Shown in pieces: positions 49,809 to 58,924 of a DNA stretch of 64,000 nt. Source of the DNA: an uncultured Chloroflexia bacterium (GTDB lineage: Bacteria; Chloroflexota; Dehalococcoidia; DSTF01; JALHUB01); NCBI GenBank assembly GCA_963703345.1, contig OY969814.1:576001-640000 (forward strand), in the 5' to 3' direction. The notes beneath the pieces were generated by a model that saw only the letters and a program-made list of their open reading frames with translations, was not told where the DNA came from and ran no database searches. The translations under genes and the position numbers were made by a program. How positions within the stretch are numbered: position 1 is the first letter of the stretch; each line of letters starts with the position of its first letter.

Positions 49809-51476
49809 ATGCACCGTGGAGAGATGATCACCGAAGCGATACCGAGCCCGATGTCGGTCAACGTCCTGCGCCCTCTCCCAGTAATCGCTGAGAGCGAGGC
49901 TGACCTTATCCGGCTGGCGCTGTCGCTCGGGGCGGCGGATACGGGTGGCCCGCTTTCTGCGGCGGAAACGACGCTCATACAAAGCGCAGGACTCGAAAAG
50001 CGCAGCGTTCCCGAATCAATGGCGTCCCTCGCGCGCGACGCGATTCTAGCTGGAGAAGACCCTCTTGGAGACTGCTTCTGTCGTCTTCGCCCGCCAGCGA
50101 CGCGTCGGCAATTGGGAGCGGTGTTCACGCCAAAAGAGTTGATCGCTCCAATGCTGGACTGGGCGCTCCTTCTCAAGCCCCAGCGGCTGATTGATGCCGG
50201 CGCGGGAAGCGGTCGTTTCGCTGGTGCGGCGGCCCGCGCCGACTCACGGCTCGCGATAGTCGCCGTTGACGTTGACCCTCTCGCCTGCGTTCTTACCCGC
50301 GCGACTCTTGCTGCGGTGGGGCACCGTAGGAGCCGCGTCATCAACGAAGACTACACTCGTTGTGCGCTACCCCCCTCCGAAGGCATGACCGCATTCGTTG
50401 GTAATCCGCCGTACGTGCGGCATCATGATCTGACTCCGGCGCTCAAGGCATGGGCGCAGAGTGCAGCGCGACAGATTGGGCGTAGCATGTCTGGCCTCGC
50501 TGGATTGCACGCGTACTTCTTTCTCGCCACAGCTTTGAAAGGGCAGACGGGAGACATTGGTTGCTTCGTCACAAGTTCTGAATGGCTTGACGTCAACTAC
50601 GGGAGCGTTATACGGGAGCTTCTGCTGAATGATCTTGGCGGCATATCCATTCATGTATTGGAGCCGACTGCCCTGCCTTTCGAGAAGACAGCGACAACAG
50701 CCGCGATCACGTGTTTTCGAATAGGCAACCGGCCTGGAACCGTCAGGTTGCGCCAACTAAAAACAGTGGATGAACTGAAAACACTATCGGACGGAGAACC
50801 GATAGCGCGCCAGCGGCTAGAAGAGGCTAAGCGCTGGACACCTCTGATAAGAGCAAGGCGGGAATTGCCTGAGGGCCACGTGGAGCTTGGCGAGTTGTGT
50901 CGAGTTCACAGAGGCGCCGTCACAGGCGCGAATTCCACTTGGATTACGCAGGCTGCCAAGACTGACCTGCCTACGGAAGTTCTGTTCCGTTCCGTGACAA
51001 AAGCCCGTGAGCTATTTGACGCGGGCTTTGCCATGACGGAACTCGACCATCTTCGTTGCGTAATAGATCTCCCAGAAGATCTAGACGCACTGGATCCTGA
51101 AGATCGCCGACTCGTCGAACGATTCCTTCAGCAGGCGAAACGGCTCGGAGCCGCCGACGGATACGTGGCTCGCTACCGTCGGAGATGGTGGTCAGTGGGC
51201 CTCAGGGAGCCGGCTCCGATACTTACGACATATATGGCTAGACGCCCACCTGCATTTGTTCGAAATCCGGCGGGAGCGCGGCACATAAATATCGCTCACG
51301 GCATTTATCCGCGTGAATCGCTGCCCGAGCGTGCCTTGGATCGCATCGCTGCCGCACTCCGCAATCTAGTTTCCGTTCAGGATGGACGGACGTATGCCGG
51401 AGGACTGACGAAGTTCGAACCTAAAGAGGTCGAACGTTTGCCTATACCCGGCTTGCCCGTTCTTCTGGCGCCATGA
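49809..51476 (+). CDS. N6-adenine DNA methyltransferase (gamma class)
   Basis: GAVFTP, DAGAGSG, GNPPY, YAGGLTKFEP; overlaps the REase start. Confidence 0.9.
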   Translation: MHRGEMITEAIPSPMSVNVLRPLPVIAESEADLIRLALSLGAADTGGPLSAAETTLIQSAGLEKRSVPESMASLARDAILAGEDPLGDCFCRLRPPATRRQLGAVFTPKELIAPMLDWALLLKPQRLIDAGAGSGRFAGAAARADSRLAIVAVDVDPLACVLTRATLAAVGHRRSRVINEDYTRCALPPSEGMTAFVGNPPYVRHHDLTPALKAWAQSAARQIGRSMSGLAGLHAYFFLATALKGQTGDIGCFVTSSEWLDVNYGSVIRELLLNDLGGISIHVLEPTALPFEKTATTAAITCFRIGNRPGTVRLRQLKTVDELKTLSDGEPIARQRLEEAKRWTPLIRARRELPEGHVELGELCRVHRGAVTGANSTWITQAAKTDLPTEVLFRSVTKARELFDAGFAMTELDHLRCVIDLPEDLDALDPEDRRLVERFLQQAKRLGAADGYVARYRRRWWSVGLREPAPILTTYMARRPPAFVRNPAGARHINIAHGIYPRESLPERALDRIAAALRNLVSVQDGRTYAGGLTKFEPKEVERLPIPGLPVLLAP

Positions 51477-52393
51477 CCGCAATTCAACCTCCTCGGTGGA
51501 CAGCAGACCAATTGGAGGGATCTCGAAAGAAGGCGATAGCGCTCTTCCGGAAAAGCCGCATGGAGGAGCCGCTGGAAGCTTATCTTGACGCGTTCGACAA
51601 ATACAGAGATGCCATGGAGGACCTGTTTGAGAAGACGGTCGACCTGACGCAGCTGGAGAGCGTCGCCAGCGAGGTCTTGTCCGACCCGAGCCATCTTGAG
51701 GCTGTCCGATACCTCCCTGGCCCGCCCATATCCGCCGACGATCTTAAGATTCTTAGTGAGGCGAGTCTGGCGCCGGGGCGTCTGCTGAGAGATACGGAAA
51801 TGGCGCGGAGGGTAATGGGTACCATACTTCTCGGCGTTGATCGGGCCCGATTTCCGTGGCTTTCTGAGAACCGCGAACCGAACGAGGACGAACGCTCCGC
51901 CGCCACACTTGCCTCGGCCGTTCTCATGGCGTATCGGCGAGTGATGACCGCTCGCGCCAACGAGTCGAAGGGGCAGCAAGAGGAGGCCGTGTCTAAAGCC
52001 CTTTGTGAGGCGGGCTTGGAGAAAGTCCACACACGCACGATACATACGCTCACTGATTCCCCAGAGCCGGGCCACTTCTGCGGCGAATGCCTCTTCGGTG
52101 AGCGCAAGGCCGATCTGGTGGTGCGCTTATGGGATGGGCGAGCAATGCCCATCGAATGCAAGGTAAGCAACTCCTACACGAACTCGGTAAAGCGTCTCAA
52201 CAACGACGCTCAGGCCAAGGCGAGATACTGGCTTCAAGCGTTCGGCACTGCTCAAGTCGTACCCTCGGCGGTTCTGACCGGAGTCTACAAACGCCACAAT
52301 CTGGAACAGGCGCAGGACGGGGGATTGACGCTCTTCTGGTCCCATGCTCCCGCTGATCTGACGGACTTCATCGCTCGCGCGACGCGCAAGTAA
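51473..52393 (+). CDS. XamI-family restriction endonuclease
   Basis: PPISADDL, KADLV..DGR..IECKVSNSYTNSVKRLNN. Confidence 0.85.
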   Translation: MTAIQPPRWTADQLEGSRKKAIALFRKSRMEEPLEAYLDAFDKYRDAMEDLFEKTVDLTQLESVASEVLSDPSHLEAVRYLPGPPISADDLKILSEASLAPGRLLRDTEMARRVMGTILLGVDRARFPWLSENREPNEDERSAATLASAVLMAYRRVMTARANESKGQQEEAVSKALCEAGLEKVHTRTIHTLTDSPEPGHFCGECLFGERKADLVVRLWDGRAMPIECKVSNSYTNSVKRLNNDAQAKARYWLQAFGTAQVVPSAVLTGVYKRHNLEQAQDGGLTLFWSHAPADLTDFIARATRK

Positions 52394-52409
52394 AGAGTGG
52401 CCACGAGCT

Positions 52410-53064
52410 TTAGCGGTGCTGCGCCAGCTGAGTAGCTTCCTCCTCGCACAGCCGCAGCTCCTCCTCCGGGTCCTCCACGCCGACCTCCGTCGCCGCTCGA
52501 CGCCGCGAGTGGATCCCCGCCGTCACCAGTCGCACCTCGTCGTCGACCAGCGCGCTGCGGTCCTCCGGCAGCACCGACCCCCAGATCACCCGCGCTCGAT
52601 ACGGCGCGTAAGAGACGCCCGTGAACTGCTCCAGCAACCTCAGCACCATCTCGCAGCGCTTGCGATAGGCGTTGCTCCGGATCAGACGCTTTCGCTGCAC
52701 CTTCTTCAGCAGCGGGTCCATCTCCACGTTCAGCGCCACGCCCGATAGCCCCTGACGGTTCTCTCCGAACGCCGTCCGCGGCGACTCGCCCAGGTCGTGC
52801 AGCGTGCGGTAGATCAGGTCGACGTAGTCGACGTGCAGCTTCACGCCGCCGCCCTGCAAGAGGTCCAGCAGGTAGGCCCGCGCCCGCTCCGGCAGCTCCC
52901 ATACCGCGCCCGGCCGCACCGCAATGTCCTGCGACTCGCCCACGTTCTCCAGCACCGCAATCGGATTGCCCGAAAGCTCCAGTATCATCGAGAGCTGCGA
53001 CAGCGCCCGGTTCAGCTCCCGCACCGACTCGCTGATCGCCGGCACGTCGGACACGCCCCAGAAC
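52410..53064 (-). pseudogene. Phage portal protein, C-terminal part only; interrupted at ~53064
   Basis: FWGVSD..ELNRALSQ..LELSGNP..SGVAL..W..VLP.D (SPP1-like portal); in-frame TAG two codons upstream of FWG, no RBS, abrupt change in sequence style. Confidence 0.78.
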
Positions 53065-53249
53065 GTCTAGGGTCAATCCCCCCGTACCATTTGCCATAGC
53101 TATCGAGGAGGCGCGGTAGGCGAGTAGGCGTCAGGCGTAGCCCCCGCGGGGGAAGGGGCTGAGATGAATGGTGTCCTCCGAGAAGTCCGTACCCGTAGCT
53201 GACACAGCCGCCGCGTTGAATCGTTTATACATGTGAAAGAACAGAGGGT

Positions 53250-53471
53250 GTGATGGCCCACAGTAAGTGCGCCTGCGGCAGTGACTTGGTCGCGGTCTGG
53301 GATCCGGTTGACGAGATCTGGCGGATCAAGTGCGACAGCCCGTGGCATAGCAGTCGAGCGCGGGATTCTCTTGAGTCCTTACTGGTGGGGGAGCGGCCAG
53401 GCACCTCCCCTATAACTCCTTCCGAGTACGCAGAGGCTTTGTGTATGGCAGATGAGGAGGACGGCGAGTAG
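53250..53471 (+). CDS. Small Cys-containing hypothetical protein
   Basis: GAGGG RBS; CACG...CDSPWH. Confidence 0.45.
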   Translation: MMAHSKCACGSDLVAVWDPVDEIWRIKCDSPWHSSRARDSLESLLVGERPGTSPITPSEYAEALCMADEEDGE

Positions 53472-53563
53472 GCCCGAAGCCGCTCGACACGGGGCCGGCC
53501 GCGAGGTCGGCCTTCTTGTTGTGCTCGTATGGCCGATAATGCTGTTAGGAGGGAGACAGAGAG

Positions 53564-53881
53564 ATGACGAACGCGGCCAGGGATGAAAAGGACTTCAGGC
53601 CGCTCTCGGAGGCTGGACAAGTCCGCAACGACATGGTTTCTTGGGTCGTGGACTTGGCGCAGTGGCATAGAAAGTGCCCGGTGGAGATCCGGGGCCGAGA
53701 CCCCCGCTCCCACACCCCCGAGTGGCATGTGATCCAGGCCTCCCGATTGGGGGACTTGGCGGACTTCCTCGAAGCCCTGCCAGACGACGACCCGCTCATC
53801 CAGTCAGAGACACGGCAGGCCATGCGAGAGTGGCACGATCAACGGATCGAGGAGTGGTTCGACTATATGGCCAAGTTTTGA
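53564..53881 (+). CDS. Hypothetical protein
   Basis: AGGAGGGAG upstream. Confidence 0.55.
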   Translation: MTNAARDEKDFRPLSEAGQVRNDMVSWVVDLAQWHRKCPVEIRGRDPRSHTPEWHVIQASRLGDLADFLEALPDDDPLIQSETRQAMREWHDQRIEEWFDYMAKF

Positions 53882-53965
53882 GCGGGGGAGAGCGGAGACG
53901 GCAGCGATTGAGCAGGCACAGAGACGAATCGCACAGGGCCGGCCCCTGCAGGCCGGCCTTTGCGT

Positions 53966-54139
53966 CTATAGGCCGCTGAGGGAACCGGTCAGAGCCCACG
54001 CGATGATCGCGAGCGCGGGCACGACAACTCCCAGGACGTACACTCCCAGGACTGCCGGCGGCACGAAGATGCACCATATCGCCAGGAACGCTATCACGAG
54101 CACGATGAGGGCTATGATCGACAACGCGGCGGGCTTCAT
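53966..54139 (-). CDS. 57-aa two-TM peptide (not in ORF track)
   Basis: GGAGG RBS; MKPAALSIIALIVLVIAFLAIWCIFVPPAVLGVYVLGVVVPALAIIAWALTGSLSGL. Confidence 0.6.
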   Translation of the reverse strand: MKPAALSIIALIVLVIAFLAIWCIFVPPAVLGVYVLGVVVPALAIIAWALTGSLSGL

Positions 54140-54461
54140 CCTTCGCCTCCCCGCAACGCAGACTGCTCACATCACGTGCACTGGCCGTCTGCAAGATGGG
54201 TTGTCTGGGGCTATAGGATCTTTCCTCCCCCTTTATTAATCGACGCGTGGCCCCAAAAAGGTTGGCTCTCCCCCATAACTTCCATGACTCGGCCTTTTCC
54301 ACGGATGCTGAAGGCCCGCCTGCCCCCCAATTTTCAAACTTCCTGGCCGGCGGGCCCGTCGCCTGTCCTCCGGCGCGACATAAGGGCGTTACGAACTATT
54401 CTCTGCGTCGTTAATGTATGTGAGAGAGCAATTCAGGTGGGGCTATGCGCCAAGAGTATCT

Positions 54462-54517
54462 GAGAGATCCGGCCCAGGGTCTGCCAAGTCCCCACTTGAG
54501 CCCTGGGCCGATCTCTC
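54462..54517. promoter_or_regulatory. Long hairpin directly upstream of the rep-like gene
   Basis: GAGAGATC(C)GGCCCAGGG...CCCTGGGCCGATCTCTC. Confidence 0.55.
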
Positions 54518-54526
54518 TTAGGTAGC

Positions 54527-55096
54527 ATGACGAAACAGAAGACACGCGACGACGGCTACAACTTCAGCGGCATGCCGATTGTTGGCGTAGGCTGGCGGGC
54601 TATCCCTAATCACTTTTTCGATATCTACCAGCCGATCATGGACGGGGAGTGCCCCGGCATGTTCTCGGTCTTCCTTCACATCTGGCGGCTGACCGTAGGC
54701 CGAGACCAGAAAGACGTCGCGATGAGTATCCGCTGGCTCGCCCATGCCACGAGCATGAGTAGAACGAGGGCCGACGTCTGCATTAGGTGGCTAGTCGCCT
54801 ATGCGTTCTTGAAGTCCACACCTCAGCCCATCAAGGTCGGCCGAGGCCGGAACCTGCAGGCGACAACGTTCCGCTACCGACCGGTCGGGCAGATACTGGA
54901 CGATATCTACACGTTGCCGGATCCGGATGACCCGCGGCCACGGCCATGGCTGTCGCCGAAGTTGCGGAAGATGCTGGCCGCGGAGGCACAGATCGATGCC
55001 CGTGACGGCGTCCCGCCGGGAGCCACCCCTGGCTGCGGGCGGGACGCCGTCGCCCCTGACGGTGGCTGCGGGCGGGACAATAACGTGACACCATGA
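54527..55096 (+). CDS. Phage replication initiator-like wHTH protein
   Basis: IPNHFFD..VFLHIWRLT.G....MSIRWLAHATSMSR..IRWL (lambda O/replisome-organiser N-terminus-like); internal 16-bp direct repeat. Confidence 0.6.
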   Translation: MTKQKTRDDGYNFSGMPIVGVGWRAIPNHFFDIYQPIMDGECPGMFSVFLHIWRLTVGRDQKDVAMSIRWLAHATSMSRTRADVCIRWLVAYAFLKSTPQPIKVGRGRNLQATTFRYRPVGQILDDIYTLPDPDDPRPRPWLSPKLRKMLAAEAQIDARDGVPPGATPGCGRDAVAPDGGCGRDNNVTP

Positions 55097-55097
55097 C

Positions 55098-55469
55098 GTG
55101 GACACCCTTGTTGGACTTCTACAACTCTTCTGGCGAGAGACGATGATGAAGCCTATCCGAGTCAAGCACAGCAGCCTAACAGCTCAGGAATTCAGGGATC
55201 GCAACAACACGGGTGAGTCTCCTGCAGACATCCAAGCTGATACTCCTGCCGACCTATCCGTCAAGGCTCTACCGTCCCGGTGGTATGGCTCCCCGCAGTT
55301 CTACCTATCCCCAGCGGCCCGGCAGGTCTATCTATCCCTGCGTCAGCAGCCTGACGTTCTGCTGGATCCGACCCGCTGGGCCCTATCCCTAGGGCTCACG
55401 GAGAATCAGCTAGCCACCGCGCTCCAGGAACTTGAGAACCATGGTTTTGTGTGCTTGTCCAACGACTAG
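55098..55469 (+). CDS. Hypothetical protein with C-terminal wHTH
   Basis: LSPAARQVYL..ALSLGLTENQLATALQELENHGFV. Confidence 0.55.
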   Translation: MDTLVGLLQLFWRETMMKPIRVKHSSLTAQEFRDRNNTGESPADIQADTPADLSVKALPSRWYGSPQFYLSPAARQVYLSLRQQPDVLLDPTRWALSLGLTENQLATALQELENHGFVCLSND

Positions 55470-55532
55470 CCCCTACCGCCCCGCCCGCGCCGGCGTCAAC
55501 TTCCGCCGGGGTAGGCCGAATCTAGGGATGAG

Positions 55533-55562
55533 AATCTACACACAACTAGTTGTGTGTAGATT
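55533..55562. repeat. 30-bp perfect palindrome
   Basis: AATCTACACACAACTAGTTGTGTGTAGATT. Confidence 0.9.
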
Positions 55563-55573
55563 AGAGGTGTGAA

Positions 55574-56701
55574 ATGGTCAAACGCTATAAGAGCCGTGTT
55601 ACGATAGAGGGGGGCCGCCTCCAAGGGTTTCACCTTGTGAAGCCGACGAAGCCGCGCGTCATCGCGACCTTGCAGGCGACACAAGATATGCTGGCCCAAT
55701 ATGCGGCCCAAGGTGACACGCCCGTTACCTGCCGCCAGATCTTCTATCGATTAGTCTCGCAGCCCGAACTCGGAATCCCAAAGTCGAAGACAGGCAGTAA
55801 CCGTGTCGGGAATCTACTCATCGAGTGGAGGCACGCCGGCTATGTGCGTTGGGGGGATATCCGAGACGATACTGACATCCAACCTGCCCTCCCGCAGACC
55901 TGGGACGACCCCGAGGAATTCCTTCGCGCCTATCTGCCCGATCCGTATAGGTTCCAGCCCTGCCTGCTAGACACGCAGCCTTGGTATATGGAGGTCTATT
56001 GCGAGGCCGGCGGAATGGCGCACCAGTTGGCGCGGGTTGCCCGGCCGAAGGGGATCCTGACTACGGGCTCCGGTGGCTACAACGCCATCACGGGCAAGTG
56101 GCAACTCGTCAGGCGGCTTCGCCGTGAGACTCGTGGCCGGCCAGCCGTCGTGTTTCACCTAGGAGACGCCGATAGCGACGGCGAGTGTATCTACGACTCT
56201 CTGCGCAAGGATGTGTATCTGATCCGCGCACAGGAGACGATGCGGGATGACCACTGGCGGGCGATTGAGGCTCTGGACTACGGAGAAGCCCATTGTGAAA
56301 AGGCTATGAAGGACGCGGCGACCGACGAATTCCGAGAATGGATCAGGCAATTCTATGACGGCGAAGCCGACGATGACGGCCGTTGTTGGGCTTACGATGT
56401 TGAGTTCGTCCGGGTAGCCGTGACCGACGATCAAATCGAGCACTACCACTTGCCAGAAGAGCCGCGCAAGAAGGGCAAGAAGGAACGGAAAGCGTTGACC
56501 TATCACGCAAAGGAAACGCAACTTGAGGCGATGAATCCGACCGACATCCGCACGGAGTTGGCCGCAGCCATCAACGAGTATTGGGATCCCGACGCCGAAA
56601 AAGCGGCAAAGGCAGATGCTGCCGGGCACCGGGAGGTGATCTCGGATATGCGCGGCGAATTTACGAAAGCGCTTGACCTCCACTTCGGCGACCATAGATA
56701 G
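55574..56701 (+). CDS. TopoVI-A/JetD-like TOPRIM protein
   Basis: TCRQIFYRLV (Tyr wHTH), QPWYMEVYCE, HLGDADSDG, QLEAM. Confidence 0.72.
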   Translation: MVKRYKSRVTIEGGRLQGFHLVKPTKPRVIATLQATQDMLAQYAAQGDTPVTCRQIFYRLVSQPELGIPKSKTGSNRVGNLLIEWRHAGYVRWGDIRDDTDIQPALPQTWDDPEEFLRAYLPDPYRFQPCLLDTQPWYMEVYCEAGGMAHQLARVARPKGILTTGSGGYNAITGKWQLVRRLRRETRGRPAVVFHLGDADSDGECIYDSLRKDVYLIRAQETMRDDHWRAIEALDYGEAHCEKAMKDAATDEFREWIRQFYDGEADDDGRCWAYDVEFVRVAVTDDQIEHYHLPEEPRKKGKKERKALTYHAKETQLEAMNPTDIRTELAAAINEYWDPDAEKAAKADAAGHREVISDMRGEFTKALDLHFGDHR

Positions 56702-56782
56702 CCTTCGCCCCCCAGCGCCAACGCTCTAGCAAGCGGAATCCAATTTTGGGATTCCGCTTTGCCTCTCATACAGGTTGACTTC

Positions 56783-56811
56783 TTGAGATTGACGCGCCTG
56801 TGTCGTATAAT
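56783..56811 (+). promoter_or_regulatory. Sigma70 promoter
   Basis: TTGAGA-N17-TATAAT. Confidence 0.6.
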
Positions 56812-56835
56812 GAACTTGACAGGGAGGATCGCCTT

Positions 56836-57072
56836 ATGCCCGCCACCGAATTCAGTGTCGCTTCCGCCTACACCGCGCCTCCAACGCCTTCCCCGGGGGT
56901 CTTGCGCAGGATGTGCCAACTAGCGCGTATCCGCCAGAAGGACATCGCCCAAGAACTCGGCGTGACCGAATCTCGCATCTCGTTGCTCTTCGAGCAGAAG
57001 GCTTGCACCCCGCGAGTGGCCCAAGCCGTAATGAAGGCCATCATCAAATTGCAGTCTGAGAAGAGGGGCTAG
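56836..57072 (+). CDS. Cro/XRE-type HTH protein
   Basis: IRQKDIAQELGVTESRISLL; GGGAGG RBS. Confidence 0.78.
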   Translation: MPATEFSVASAYTAPPTPSPGVLRRMCQLARIRQKDIAQELGVTESRISLLFEQKACTPRVAQAVMKAIIKLQSEKRG

Positions 57073-57074
57073 CT

Positions 57075-57590
57075 ATGGCTCAAACCGATGCCGCCACCCG
57101 TGCCAAACTTTTGGCTGATCTCCGAAGCGCAAACGATTTTCTCGAATCCTTGGGCCCCTGTTCGCTGACCGAAAAACAGTGCCTCGGCTGGGAGAAGGAG
57201 TTCGCCAGCGTCGTCGAAGGGTGCAAGGAACTCGATCACGATTGGATGGCCAAATTGCCTGCCCGCGGATCCGCCGAATTACTCGCCTTTCAAACGCGTT
57301 GGAGCATCTTGTTTACGCGCTTCAGCCATACTTTCGACGCCATTGAAGCCGCCTGCAAAGGCCCGGCAGACTTTTTTGTAGTCGATTCGAGGCTACTCGG
57401 GGACAGCCTCGACGTAGTGGCAAAGGCACTTTCCGGGCTTTTCGACCTGCCGCTAGCCCTGATCACGACCCGCGTATATGGCGCGGCCCCGGTCGAGAAA
57501 TTCCCCGATATGGCCCCGAGCATCCGCGCCGCCCTTCTAGCCGAAGCCGCCAAGCAACCTGAGAAAAAGCCAGAGGGAGATCAGTCGTAG
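57075..57590 (+). CDS. Hypothetical protein
   Basis: GAGG RBS, coupled in operon. Confidence 0.6.
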   Translation: MAQTDAATRAKLLADLRSANDFLESLGPCSLTEKQCLGWEKEFASVVEGCKELDHDWMAKLPARGSAELLAFQTRWSILFTRFSHTFDAIEAACKGPADFFVVDSRLLGDSLDVVAKALSGLFDLPLALITTRVYGAAPVEKFPDMAPSIRAALLAEAAKQPEKKPEGDQS

Positions 57591-58250
57591 ATGCTGACCA
57601 GGCTCATCCATTGCAGTCCTGTAGCAGCTCCGGCCGAGGTCGCTCTACGCCAGTATTTGGAAGGCTACGGCCCACTAGACAGGTTCACCTCAGTGGCCTG
57701 GCAAACGCCGCCATTTGTCCTTGCCCAATACTCCTCGTTAGAGGCAGCTAACAAACTACTCGCCGGCCCGCCGCTCGTTATAGACGGAGTCCTCATCCTG
57801 ATGGCTCCCGGCCACGCCCGCAATGAGTGCCGACTGTTTCTGGCGAACATTGAGCGGGAGACAGGCGAACAGGAACTATGGGACATCATCGCCGAACGGT
57901 GCGCCGGCCTACTCGATGTCAAGATACTGTCCGGGAAGGGTGTCGGCTTCGTAAGTTTCGAGACGGCGGGGCAGGCAACTGAAGCCCTACAGACCCTGAA
58001 CGGATTGGCGCATCGTGGCCGACCAATCTCCGCCCGTGAATACAGGGACGATCCACCGCCGGCAAGGGATAGACAACAGGGGGCCAGACCGGATCATCTG
58101 GCCAGCAGGGACAGCGCGCCAGTGAACCGACTCGTCTATTCAACGCCTGCGGTCAGCCCAATGCCATCCCGTATACATACAGCACCAGCGCCCCCGAGTA
58201 ACTACCAGCCACGTAAAGGAAGTCGTCGTCGTAAAGATCGTCGAGGGTAG
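57591..58250 (+). CDS. RRM (RNA recognition motif) protein with basic tail
   Basis: RNP2 LFLANI, RNP1 KGVGFVSF, A..ALQTLNG....GRPI; possible degenerate first RRM; RKGSRRRKDRRG tail. Confidence 0.8.
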   Translation: MLTRLIHCSPVAAPAEVALRQYLEGYGPLDRFTSVAWQTPPFVLAQYSSLEAANKLLAGPPLVIDGVLILMAPGHARNECRLFLANIERETGEQELWDIIAERCAGLLDVKILSGKGVGFVSFETAGQATEALQTLNGLAHRGRPISAREYRDDPPPARDRQQGARPDHLASRDSAPVNRLVYSTPAVSPMPSRIHTAPAPPSNYQPRKGSRRRKDRRG

Positions 58251-58261
58251 GAGGTCAGTCA

Positions 58262-58446
58262 TAGACCTGCGCCTACACATACACAGGCGCGCACCTTACA
58301 AGACGTATACGTATACAGCACACCATCTGCCCGAGAGGACAAGTAGGCAGTGCGTATTAGTCATCACGATCACTACCTATCCGCCGTCAGAGGACGGATA
58401 GTCGCACCACCATTCGGGCAGTGCGTATAGCGAAACGTGCAGGTTA
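58262..58446 (+). ncRNA. Candidate structured RNA downstream of the RRM gene
   Basis: Several hairpins and repeated motifs (GGCAGTGCGTAT x2, AGAGGAC x2); no credible ORF. Confidence 0.3.
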
Positions 58447-58924
58447 ATATCGTCTACGACGTGCGCCGCCTCGTGCGCCACCTGCCTGCCGAAAGGGTTG
58501 CGCCGCCAATCGCGCCACCTTGAGAGCGGGACACCCTAGACGCCCTCGAACGGTCAGCCATTCGTATACAGAACGCCCCGGCAGAGAACGCGTGGGTTGC
58601 GACGAAGGTGCGCAAAATAGGTAGCGGGAAGCGGGATAGGATCCGGCGGCCCCGGGTAGGCGATCTAGCAGGCAAACAGCTACGAATTCGGGCCCGGGCG
58701 GCAGGCAGGAGGCCCCTAGGTCATCGCTTAAGCGCTTCTTTCGGGAACGATCCTGACAACGCTCCCTATCGCGCACGGCAGTGATAATCAAAAAGTAGAG
58801 GAGGAATCAAAAACGCGGCCAGATGACCCGCGCCGGTATAGGCACAGGCGGCAGAATTAATAGCTATAAGGCCTCCACAGGCCGCCTACTGACCGCCTAC
58901 TGGCCTTGAACAAGGAGACTCAAA

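Noticed and set aside
55574-56701. Wadjet defence system
   Set aside because: No jetABC/SMC genes nearby; stand-alone TOPRIM in a phage-like context
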